A stretch of 64,000 nt of DNA from Lytechinus pictus. Lineage: Eukaryota. Position 1 is the first letter of the stretch, and every line of letters starts with the position of its first letter. The translations under genes were made by a program, and so were the position numbers. The notes under the pieces were generated by a model that saw only the letters and a list, made by a program, of their open reading frames with translations, searched no databases and was not told the DNA's origin. Positions 1 through 11,627 of the stretch are shown here, one piece after another. The DNA lies in contig NC_087252.1 of NCBI RefSeq assembly GCF_037042905.1, positions 12,278,001 through 12,342,000 of the forward strand, read 5' to 3'.

Positions 1-44
1 ATATCAATACGTGTACACGTAATGATTCCCTGAATGAGACATAC

Positions 45-2307
45 CATGAACATTCAGAAGAACTGAGGATCTAAGACTCCTTTGTATTTCCGGGTGTGAT
101 GCGATGCAGCTGAGACTCTTTTCGTGGTCAACTCTGGTGGGTGTGATTGTCAAAGTTTTCCTGGAGATGTAAGATCCGTCTTGAATGATATCAGATTGAT
201 CCTGATGAACAACGGTCACGTCCTCTGGTACTAGCCATTGCAGTGCTGCAGGAGGCTTTGCCCTATTTGCTTCACATGTGATGCTAAACGACTCTCCAGC
301 AGTTATACTTATATTGGCGTTGTTCAAGTATTGCCGGCCCCAGTGGGCGTCAGACATGAAAACCCGTGAGGGTGGAACTGGAGAAAAACACAGTACATTA
401 GAAATAAACACCCTCTTCCCAAATAGTTCCTTGCCATTTCATTTTTTAAAATATATAATCACTGAATGATTTTCTTGTTGGCGAGTATGAACTCATGCAA
501 AATTGTCAATGGGCTAAATAAACAAATAAATAATAAAATTTAATAAAACAGTCATAATATCATTTATATTATGTATCACCTTGCCAAATACATGTATGCC
601 CAGTCAATGACAAACAATTATTTGTATTCATATTTATTAACTTCTTACAACTAACACATCGGAAAGAGCCCGTTATATGAAATGATACAGAAAGCAGGGG
701 GGGGGGGACGGGGGTTATATACAGCTAAAAATATCTACAATCAAATCACCTTTCACATGTTTGGTGAACAAAAAGCATCGTCGATAAAATCTTTGCAGTT
801 TATTCATGGGCCTTTTCACACGTTAATCTTGAACTCTTCTTTAGAATCACCGGAACTTTCACACGGAAGATTCGTACCGTAATTTGGGTGAAATTTTACT
901 GGAATTTCCCTCCGGAGTGATTCGTGATTGTGATTAGCGTTCGTGATTATTGTATGGTTTCACACGTGCTAAGAATCGTCATTACCCTTTTTTTTCACTG
1001 GAATCCTTATTCAAATTACTATTTTTTACTGTTTTAAACTGCGAATAGTCACGAGCTCTAGGTAAAATGGGTTAGGGCTTTCATTACAATGTCTTTTCAG
1101 TGGGTAAGAATGATGGGACAATATTGAATGAGTAGGCCTACGTATTCGTAGATATTTGATTTTATGTCATCGTGCTCATTATGGTTAATACAAATACTTC
1201 GTAGGGAGGTTTTTTATCTTTCTGTAAGAACATGGTCATGATTTAGAAATTGCTAAGATTAAAATGATGTAATGCGTCGCAAAATAGCGTGCTTGCTTTA
1301 AAAAACGAAAATCTTAGCTAGGTGGAATGACATGCTGTCCAACCCCCTCCCCCTTTTTTCTTACCTGGATTTAGTACTTCCAGTATTTCAGTCGCTGAAC
1401 GTTCTCCATGTAGGTTAAGCACATTGCATGTGTATATCCCATTGTCACCAGTGTTCAAATTAATTATTGTGAGGGATGTGCTGCTGTCATCTCCCAATAA
1501 CTTGTACTTTGAAGGATTATAAATATTAGGTGTACATTCACTTGCAGTTGTGCACCACTCAGACGCAATTGGTGTTTCTTCGTGTTTCCACTTGACAGTG
1601 CGAAGATTCGAAGGAGGCCAATAAATGCACTCCATCGTAAAATCTTCTCCTTTGACTGGTAGGGTCTGCGTTGGTTGAAAATAAATCGTGGCTGTTGACA
1701 CGGTAAAGGGAGAGCCTGCAAATGGATTGGGTAGGAATATTGTCAATTATTGGTCATGATAGACGTATTGCTAATACATAGTACTTTACAAAACGGGCAT
1801 CTATTTTAGACTATCTAGAGCTGCAAAATGACATCCTTAAAGATTCGCCTTGATATTTAACTCAAACGTGACAAAAGGGTTCAAAATTGCACTTGTTCGT
1901 GTTTTGCTGCAGGTTGCACTATTTTACGAAGGGTAGCACCCTTCGTGCACCTTAAATGCGTAACACAGTCCAGGAAGCGCATTCTGAGACAGACTTGAAC
2001 AACGGAATTGATTGAAAGAAAATATTTTCTGGTCCTGCTGATTGCAAGCATGAATGGGAAAACATGTTTTGTTTTGTCTGCAGTCTGCTTTGACCTTAAA
2101 CCTTGAAATAATAGAGTAACGGAAGAGGTCCTACTTTCTATATTCCTTGTTTTAGTAATAGCCTACCTTTACAAAGAGAAACTGGAAAAAAAAACGACTA
2201 CAAGTCAATATGTATAGATTCAATTTTATTCAAATTTAATATATCAAATTCGACATACCTTTGCCAAAAACAAGAAGAGCAAACAAGCACCAAATATGGT
2301 ACTCCAT
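45..2307 (-). CDS. Ig-superfamily (nephrin-like) receptor paralog A, 5' part: signal exon 2259-2307, V-type Ig exon 1365-1715, C2-type Ig exon 45-377; continues beyond the left edge
   Basis: Signal peptide MEYHIWCLFALLVFGK followed by a GT donor. V domain GEDFTMEC..VKW..SLTIINLNTGDNGIYTC. C2 domain ITCEANRAKPPAALQW..LSCIASHP. All introns are phase 1 and both Ig exon lengths (351, 333) are multiples of 3. Confidence 0.85.
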
Positions 2308-3148
2308 TTGAGATGAGAGTGATAGTGTCCAATCCAATAATCCTGGTAACAAAGAAACATTCAATATTGAAATATAAGAGAGCTGCAGTAGGTGAGACAA
2401 ATTTTGCTTCTAGAAGACATCCTCAATGTGTACCAAACACATTGAGGCAATAAAGATGACGGTGAGATTTGTTCGATTACTTTCAATCGTCCAAGCCGTT
2501 AAGCATATTACGAAAGTACGACTTGATGTCTTAGCTTGTCAACGGTCGAAAATGAAAGTACGATTATATATAAAATATATAGCTGCATTTGTTCGGACGA
2601 CAGAGTATGCTCTTTCCCCTAGCCGGTTTGAGGTTGAGGTTTGCTTAACCTACTAACCGGGCAAACAATGGATTCGGATGGCGTCTAGAGAACTGTCACG
2701 ACACCTACTCTTCGGGATGATCCTATACGTTGACATCATCGATACATGCGTTGTTGATCTTCAGCTGGCGCAAACCATAAAACCGAACGTTGATAACACA
2801 TGTGATTCATATGAGATTAATTTAATAAACTTTAAAAAGGATCCCATTCATTTCAATTCGATTTTTCTTCCGAATCTCTTTTTATCATTATTATTATACC
2901 CTATTTTTGTATTATGTTATTTTGTTATGTTATTTCATTTTATTCATTTTTTTTTGGGGGGGAGGGGCATTTTGGTGACCCCCTTCAAGTCGGTTCAGGG
3001 GAGGTCACATCCACCCTTATGTTAGATCATGGACCTAGTCCATGGTTAGATAAGCACAACAACATACCAGTCAGTCTATCTAATCTAAAACAATATTTTT
3101 TTTTTCATTCCTGCCGAAGTCCTAAATTTCTACAACTTGTTAGTTGTA

Positions 3149-4840
3149 ATGGCTTCCAGTACCAGCAGAGAAAAAAGGAAAGAACTGGAGAACATCATGG
3201 TGAGATTTGGATATGCGATACAGATTATAAACCAATTAGAAGTTACTGCAGACAACTTGAAATTCTTTTTTTCGGTCTTTGCGCTACAAGAAATCACAAG
3301 AAAACATGTAGGGTAAAGAATATCCAGAATGTAACCTCCGACTGCAGAAACAATTTGAGTAAGAAACAGCACAAGATCGAAGAAGCAGAATCACATTCTA
3401 TAAACCGTTGAATCCACGATCGCGACCGAAGAGGCCTCGATAAGTAAGCATCTCCAGGCAGTCAATAATGACTTTGAGGTTGCTTCCAAGGAGGAGTTAA
3501 TTGTCCACGGAACAAAGAGAATAGAATGATCAAAGTGAATAGAATGATCAAACGATGAAGCTGAGCCGGAAATCTCTACTACAAGAGGTAATAGGAAAGA
3601 ATGTGTCGACGTATGGAAGGTTGAAACAGCAAAGCGAGAGAGAATCATCGAAAACCGAGAAGAAATTCTTCTTTCAGATGTGATGGCAATTAGCAAAATC
3701 ATTTCTAAAATGATTTAAAGGATCTTAATAGCCGAACTATGCATGAAATCGATACATTGAATAATATTCAATCGACTTTCATACAAATAACCAAACGGGA
3801 TAAAACATTGGTGAATCAAACTCCCCAGGTACTAACATTTTCTGATGAAACGTTTTTTAATGTGTATCAAGACGCTGGCCACATCCTTAACCAAATACAT
3901 CGTGAAGTTTGTAGAGGGGGAACTTGGTGGAGAATACTGTGGTAGAATTGATGGGTACATCCGTAAACGGGAACTGTCAAGTCAATCGTTGATTAATCAG
4001 TGAAGCTGAGGTATTCGTATGGGACGAGGACATTAACGCCATGTATGCTACAAATATCACAGGAATCACTAATTACTCGTTGATTAAGATCGGAGCATGT
4101 ATATCACATAGGTTACCCCCAATAAACAGTGACGTGGTAGTCTGTTAAAAGTGGAAACCGGGTGGCAGCTTAGATGAAGCATTGTCGATTTGAACTGTTA
4201 AAATTCATTTGAATTTCGTTGTCGATAGTATTTTTTTTTCATTAACCAGTTTTTTAGTGCATCAGTATCTACGACAGAAAAGCCAAATGTGATTAAGAAC
4301 GTCAACGTAGGTCTACCTGTCCAAAGGATGACAGCTTTGCTGGTAATAATTGCCAGTACGTTGATGTTGACAGAAATGGGATGATCCTCGCCAATCAACC
4401 CAAGCAGTGCAATATATATATTATCAGCCTAACCGATTAGAAAATAACAAGTACCATCGCAATACAGAGTAAGAAAGTATTTGGTTAAATAAACGTCTTA
4501 TCAACAGGTGATATCGTTGTGAAGTCAGATGTGGATAAATTCACTGTCATTTCACACTCAGGGCATGGAAAAGCTGTCATGCACTGCACTGATTGGCTGT
4601 ATGCACGTAGTCACGTGGAAGACCTCACATGTACTTTCTACATAGTCTGCATTAGCCGGAGGGATGGGGCGCGTAATAATTGCGTAGATGATCAGGTTTC
4701 CTCTGATGGTATCATTCAGGCATGTTAGGCAAGGATGATCATGGAGTACATAAGGAATCAGATCGTGATTACGACCCCAATCATTGTCTTTGTACCTCTT
4801 CTGGTCAAGCTCCTTTTGTACAAGAAAAGGTTCATCGTGT
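3149..4840 (+). pseudogene. Decayed TRIM-like gene (B-box, coiled coil, NHL/beta-propeller-like C-terminus)
   Basis: Degenerate B-box CDTDYKPIRSYCRQLEILFFGLCATRNHKKTC with several Zn ligands substituted. It is followed by E/K/Q-rich helical sequence, then fragments GRIDGYI, VDRNGMIL, STGDIVV, DQVSSDGIIQA and LYKKRFIV that resemble echinoderm TRIM2/3-like C-termini as I recall them. Many stops and frameshifts. Confidence 0.6.
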
Positions 4841-5802
4841 CGTTCATCATTGCCTCTGAGCGAAAAGCTTATTGACTGATTGTGGGCCTGATTTCTTAGC
4901 ATGATTGCACTGATTTTAGTGAATGGTGAAATGTAAAAAAAAGTATTCCCATGACCAACCGCCAAGCTACAATGCTCAGAAAGGTTACTTTTATTTGTTA
5001 GGATTATCATCGTATGGTTACAACAAAATATATGTCACCAATATGACTTGTGTGTATGTAATAAGAGAATTCCACGTAGGCCCACGTTAAACTGGGGTAA
5101 AGTCTCTTTGATATGTTAGATCCCATCATTCCTTTCGGATGTTTTCACCTGCTTTTTTATCCAATTTGCTTCAAAATAATGGATTAACACGTTGGAATGT
5201 ATACGTAATGTAAAATGTATTGCCAGGTATGATGTTTGATAAATATTTTCACATAGCAATACATCTACTGTATAATTGTAAATACAAATACCGTCATATA
5301 TCTCGTGTTGTGATCCGTTGTTAAATCCACTAGAAGTAGAAGGCCCATATCCCATCATATATTTTGGTGAATCTGATTCATGCTGTTGCCTTCCTATCTT
5401 TAGTTCTCCCAAAACAATGTAGTCTGCATTTGTGTATGGGCATGATGGGTGTGTGTCCAATCTCCTTCATTGCCGATTTCATAATATTTTAAGGAATCTG
5501 CAGACTTCACAAGCTCTGCTTTTTATGTAGGTTCTTTCACATTCCACAACGTACTTATTGTTATTGTTACAAGCTTATACAGTCATTCATTATTTAAACA
5601 CACTGTATTATTACTATCAAATGCATTGTCAATACGAATTAATTCAAAAGACGATATCTGAACTAGTCCAGAAACACAGACACTACACAAACGTTACAAA
5701 CATATCATAAAATTCTGCAAAACTCTATGGAGTTCCTTACTTCAAAAATATAATTGGAAAACATCAAAAATCATATTGATATGATACTGAATAACTAGGC
5801 AC

Positions 5803-8453
5803 CTGTTATAATTAGAACCATGCTATCATTCACAGACCACGTGGTGGATACTGTAGTTTGAACTGCAAAGCACAGGAGATGTTTCCCATGGTCCAACCTC
5901 TTTGGTACGAATGTCAAAGTACCCTCAGCATCATATCGACCAGCCTCATTTTCACTTGTATTCAGGGATGAATGACCTGTCATATTTCTTGATCCTATGT
6001 ACCAGTAAATGCGAGGAGCTGGGTATCCATTAGCAGCCTTGCAGATCACGGTGACTTTTATCCCTTCTTTTAATTCAGCAAGGAAAGTCATAACTACCTC
6101 ATCCGGTGGTGCTGTAGCATGTAACGAGAAATCCAAAAAGTGACAAGTTCTATTAAAGCATCGAAATTAATAGCGGACATGGGTGATATGCTTGATGAAG
6201 CTTTATTTTTACAGAAAAATAAACATGTCGGCCTAAGCAATTACCATGTCTTGCTTTCCCAAACGCCCATTCTAGAATATCATAAATGTATCAACTACAA
6301 CGAAAAGACATCCAATGGTTATATCAATGAATACCACACACACAGACACACCTCCCTGGTTATGCCTGTAAAAGCTCTATGGTTATACTTTTTAGTAACT
6401 AAATGCCCCGACACGTTTGTAAAATGCCAATTGAGACATACATATATATATGTATATACATAGAGCTATTACATATATATATATATATATATCATCAGCA
6501 TTATTTTGTTATAATTGAGATGAGATATACACTTACCATAGGTTGATATTGTAACATACTGCCGTTCGACAAAATCTTCACCCAGATATACAAAGCACCA
6601 GAGAATCAACCCTAGATACTTCCTACACAGATGAAAATTGAAAGTACTTTTGGTATCAAACAGACTGCCGTCTAGAGCATTTTGAGTCTTCGACAGACTT
6701 TTATTTCCAGGAGGAATACCAGGGTCGTCAATGCTCCATGTCACTTCAACTGCCGGTCGTGATCCAATACTTTGACAGGTGATCGAAGCCGAAGAACCTT
6801 GTTGAACGTAAATAACTGTTGATGTCTGGTGGACTTTGTCATTTCCAGATTGAAAGATTGTCGTGCTAGATGGAAGAACTTTATAGGAAAGGTGAAAAAA
6901 GCTGGAAGAATCTGCAATATATTTATTGATTTCTTACAAAGATGAGCTTCACAATTCCATGAACACACGTCTTTTCAACGACTGTTTCAGAAACAAATCT
7001 TTGAATTATCTTTTTTTTTTTGTCACATCATGGGCACTGACGAAGAGTGTGACCTTTTCTTTCATTTTTTGAGAGCTACGCTACTTTTCAAATCTACGAT
7101 TTTTCTACGCCATATGTATTATTATTTATTCTTGGAGTTTGTTACATTGAATAAAAGTACGTACATGTATATTGGTGGATGTCCATAAAGCTTTAATCGA
7201 ATTATGAACATGATGAATGAACGCATTCCTGATATCATGAATATTGCATAATAAAAAGTATATCGTGGTTGTTATGGTTGTGTGCTGACGAATTTGTTTA
7301 GCTTTGTTTGTTAGTTTATTTCTTTTCTTAGCGTTCGGTTGAGCAGAGAGTTTACTATACTTCAATAATCTGCATGTTTAATTCTTTTCTAAATATAGCC
7401 GTGATAAAATATCGTACTGTGTACTATTTCTAGTCTAAAGATTTCATTGTCCAATTGGGTACGCTTGAATTTGATTATTATTTTTTAAACAATTACTTCA
7501 CCTGGTAGTAATGGTGTTACGTGCATGCTCTTTGATACTGTATTGTAGGAAAAGGCAGTTTGGCGGACAGAACATTTGTAATGGCCGCCGTCGTCACCAA
7601 CCAGTTGTTTTATCGTAAGATTAGCACTGGAGTCGTCTGCCAACAAGCTGAATTTCCATTGGTCTAGAACAGTAAACCTACAGGACCGATCTTCCCCACA
7701 ATCACATGTTGCGAGTGATTCACCATCCTTCTCCCACGTGATCTCCCTATTTCTGGCCTGTAGTGTGTACGTGCAGACCAATGTAAAATCCTCGCCAATG
7801 ACTGGAAGATACTTGCCTCTCATGATTGACACACCAAATCCTTCTGTTTCTGCGAGATTGATAGACAATATTTTGCCAATAAAGATATTTCGGTTGGCGT
7901 CATTTCTCCCGAATTAATGCAATGAAAATTATTTGCTTTAAGTGATTTTGTAAGGGGCATCATTATGAATAATTCATTTGTTAATATTCCTGCTCATTCA
8001 ATCGTTTGACTTTCTTTTATTTCTAATCTTTCTAATATTTCATTTTATAATTTACTTCACTAGTTATTCATTTCATAACTGTTATAATGCATCATTTATT
8101 GATTAATTGAGGCCACGAGTATCTATTTAGAATGAGAGGGTGTTGCAAATATCACCAGATGCTCACCGTTTAATAATGACCGGGAACTTATATTATTGTC
8201 CTTTAGTCAACCTCTTACGGAATCGAAGGATTATGTTCTCCAAAATATGTCAGTAATCCGCTTTGCATATGGAATGTGAGCACATGAAGAGTATTGTCAT
8301 GTACACATAGCGAACCTTTTATAGATTAAGGTGCTCGTTTAATCGTTAACGGAAAATCTGTATAACATAGAAATAACAAATAAACCTACCACAACTGAAG
8401 ATCGTTAGAACAAGAACAACCACAGCATGTCCACCATAAGCGCTTGTCATCAT
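5803..8453 (-). CDS. Ig-superfamily receptor paralog B (truncated): signal exon 8390-8453, V exon 7502-7849, C2 exon 6537-6878, C2 exon 5803-6111; no I-set, FN3 or TM exon found
   Basis: Signal peptide MMTSAYGGHAVVVLVLTIFSC. V domain GEDFTLVC..ITW..LTIKQLVGDDGGHYKC. C2 ITCQSIGSRPAVEVTW..LWC. C2 VICKAANGYPAPRIYWYIG..LLC. Phase-1 GT/AG boundaries and open frames. Confidence 0.75.
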
Positions 8454-8829
8454 ATCGAATCTGGCTGTACAAAGACTTGCTTTCAGAACGACATGAAATC
8501 CAACAACAGCAAATAAACTCGTATAAAGTCGAACTTGTAGGAGACTCCCAGATGCTATACACTTTGGGGAAAAATCGCTGGTATTGTGTCAAACGAGTGT
8601 TGCTGGTTTCCTTTTCAACTCCTGATTCGGTTTTGTGATGTGCTATTTAACATTAATGAGTACAGCATGTATGGTCAAAGAGGTCGCCATTTCCCTTCGT
8701 AGCACGATCGTATAGATTACTGCTATTTCAAAATGTTCGAGTTACACGTTGACAGCTGGCGCTGGTGATAAACTATTTTTTCAACATTACAATCTGAAAT
8801 GAAGCGCACACTAAAAATAACATCACCAT

Positions 8830-8989
8830 CAGGAGCCGCGGAAACGGGGGAGGGGCTGTGTGGACTTCAGCCCCCGCACTTTTTCCAAAACCGTGTACAA
8901 AAACGTAAAAATGACCATCTCATCATGATTCTTTGCATGGATGGTTAGTCCCCCCCCCCTCCCCTTTCAAAACCGTTCCGCGGCCCCTG
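8830..8989. mobile_element. hAT-like MITE
   Basis: Termini CAGGAGCCGCGGAA / TTCCGCGGCCCCTG; imperfect 8-bp flanks ATCACCAT / ATCATGAT. Confidence 0.6.
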
Positions 8990-11531
8990 ATCATGATCAT
9001 TAGCTGTTTAACCTTCAAGGGATCAGATAGGTATCCATGTTTGGATTTCAATATTGGATAGGAGATGGTTAGACTTTCAATGATCAATGTCAATCATGTT
9101 TTGGACATAGATAGTGAACTGAAATCACCCGTTAGATTATTTTATATTCGTAATAATCGTATTGTCAATGAATGTTACAGGGCAGTTCACATTCGGAGTG
9201 TATACAGCCCAGGGGGGTGAAACTCCGCTTCTGCATCCGGTTAGACATGGGGAAATTTTGGAAGGTCAAAAGTGCACACTGCTCCCATTTTTCACGTACA
9301 AGCCTATGGACACCGCAACTTCATGGCACACCACCGAAACGGAGGCGTGGTCATAATTGGCCTGCGCGCATAGCGTAAAAATATGCAAATAAGTATATTG
9401 TCACTAATCAGCATAATGCGCGACGTGATTGAATATGAAATGAATTCATATAGCATGCGATTATGGTTGATTAATTGGTTGGTTGGTAGATTATGTCATT
9501 CATTTCCCCCTATGTATTCATCTTTTATTGTTTACATATTTTTTTCTTATTATATGTCGCAATTATTACTACATCAATAAATACAAATTTTTATTTGCAA
9601 GCTATTTCCCTGGAAGACATGGAATGGAAGCTTGCAAGGGATTCATTAATAGGGCTGAACTTAGGGATCTAATTGTTCTGTTCATCACTGCATATCATTT
9701 ATTTTCATTACACGTCATGAAGATCCATATCCCATGATTATTTGTATGTTTGTTTGGTGTTTTTTTTTTTGGGGGGGTGGTTAAATGCTTAACTTACCAA
9801 AGATATCTGAGCAAGAGAGCAGATCAATCAGAAGGTCATTTTGTCTTTATTTTGAAATTGAAATGAACAATCTGGTGCAAATCTTATAAAGATTTCTTTT
9901 TAATCTGAGTTTGGGATGGGAGCAAAAGACATCCCAGTACCCCCCCCCCCGCATGAATTACCTCTCATCAAGGCTATCTTATAAAGGTCCCTTCCAAACA
10001 AAATACAATTTTTGTACCTGCCCGTCCCCCAAATCTCTATATCGACCCCCTCTCTCTCTCTCTCTTCCACACACACACACATACCAGTATACCACATGAT
10101 TGTGCGAGCAAACAATTATTCTCATGTCATTTTTATTTCTATCCCACTCTTAAATCAAACTCATTTATCTCTTCAGGAAGAATATTTAATTTTGCTGCGC
10201 CTTATCGCAGTATGCCATGTTGCAATGGCTTTTATGGGCTGTCTTGCCATGCATGGTATTTTGATACTTTTACCTGTTGTACCGTCTAGTATCATACCTG
10301 ACAAACAAAATCAACCAATCACTCACTCAATCAATCAATCAATCAATCAACCAACCAACCCCAATCAATCAATCAATCAATCAGTACCACCATCATATTC
10401 CAGTCATATAGAAGTATTCATTATCATCACCATCATCTAAATAGTGCCATTTCATCACAACACAGTTTGGTAGCAATGACATCATCATCACATATATTTC
10501 ATGTAATATGAATTGGTGGATTGAATAAATCACAAATATCAAAATTAGAAAGTATATATTTCAAAATAAATTGTTTATTAAGGAATAAATTTTCAAATAC
10601 GTGATTAAAATATTCCTATCCCTTTTTTCTTGCCAAAGCATCACATTACATCAGCAAAATGAATATAATGAATGCAACAGAAATTGCAAGGCTGTTACAA
10701 GGGAAGGGATGTAATTTTTTTTTAATCTAGAGAAGAAAAAAATTATGTATTCACTTTCATAAGTATTGATAAGCCTTATATAGTCAATATAAGGGGGCCT
10801 CAATGATGTCATTAAATAGTGATTAACGATATACCTCTCTCTCAAAGTCGGTTACTCAAATATCAAGTCATTTTTTCAGCATTTACTGACAAGAAATAGT
10901 ATGCTAATCTAATCAAGGGCACTTCACAAAAAAGGGGAGCACATTGCCACATTCAGTTCTCTAAAGAGTGCCTTCCCAAATCTGCACATCAGTAACAAAA
11001 TTACTAATTGTCTATTGTTGTGAGGTGCTGCTAGAGCTGTTCTATTTGCAACAATTTTTTTTTTTTCAGAGCTAATTTAGTTCATAATACGGGATATGGA
11101 CAATACAGTGTTACAAGAACAACAAGAGATTAAAACCGAACAAAATAGTGCAACTTTTCACTTCCCAAAAAAAATAAATTCAACATCCTAATGTCTAGCA
11201 CTACAAGTTCTTGTTTCATAAAGACTTCAATTATGGTAAATTTGCCCCGATTGTAAGTAGCAACTAGCATAGGAACCTCAATGTTGATCTGTTACTTTAA
11301 TGTTTCCATGGTAATTACCAGAATGGCAAAGTTATAGTGGTAAGTCTTAATGAAATGGGGTCCAGAAGTGACAGTGATTTCTTTTAAAATCCTTTGTTCT
11401 CTCACCTTTTTTTTTATTATGCAAAATTTTCAATAAAAATCCATTATTTCCATTCCCAATTTCCAATCCATTATTTGTCTTATGTTTGTCTGTAGGCATG
11501 TATGTTGATTGTTGAATAACCCAGAGCTCAG

Positions 11532-11627
11532 TAATAATAATAACAATAATAATATAAGTATATTTACCCAGGGTAGCCACTTCAGTTTCGAAAACTGTTC
11601 TACCAGCGGGCTCTGCTATTATTATTA
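11532..11627. repeat. Short SINE/LINE-tail-like repeat; a related copy lies in the opposite orientation at about 23238-23312
   Basis: TTTACCCAGGGTAGCCA..CTGTTCTACCAGCGGGC is flanked by (AAT)n, and its reverse complement is seen at 23240-23290. Confidence 0.45.

Noticed and set aside
4558..5010. 150-aa minus-strand ORF as a cytoplasmic tail of paralog B
   Set aside because: It overlaps the antisense of the TRIM-like C-terminal sequence on the plus strand and shows no similarity to the C/D tails.
8605..8616. IRF-like site GAAAAGGAAACC upstream of paralog B
   Set aside because: A short motif in AT-rich DNA, not seen at equivalent positions of A or C.
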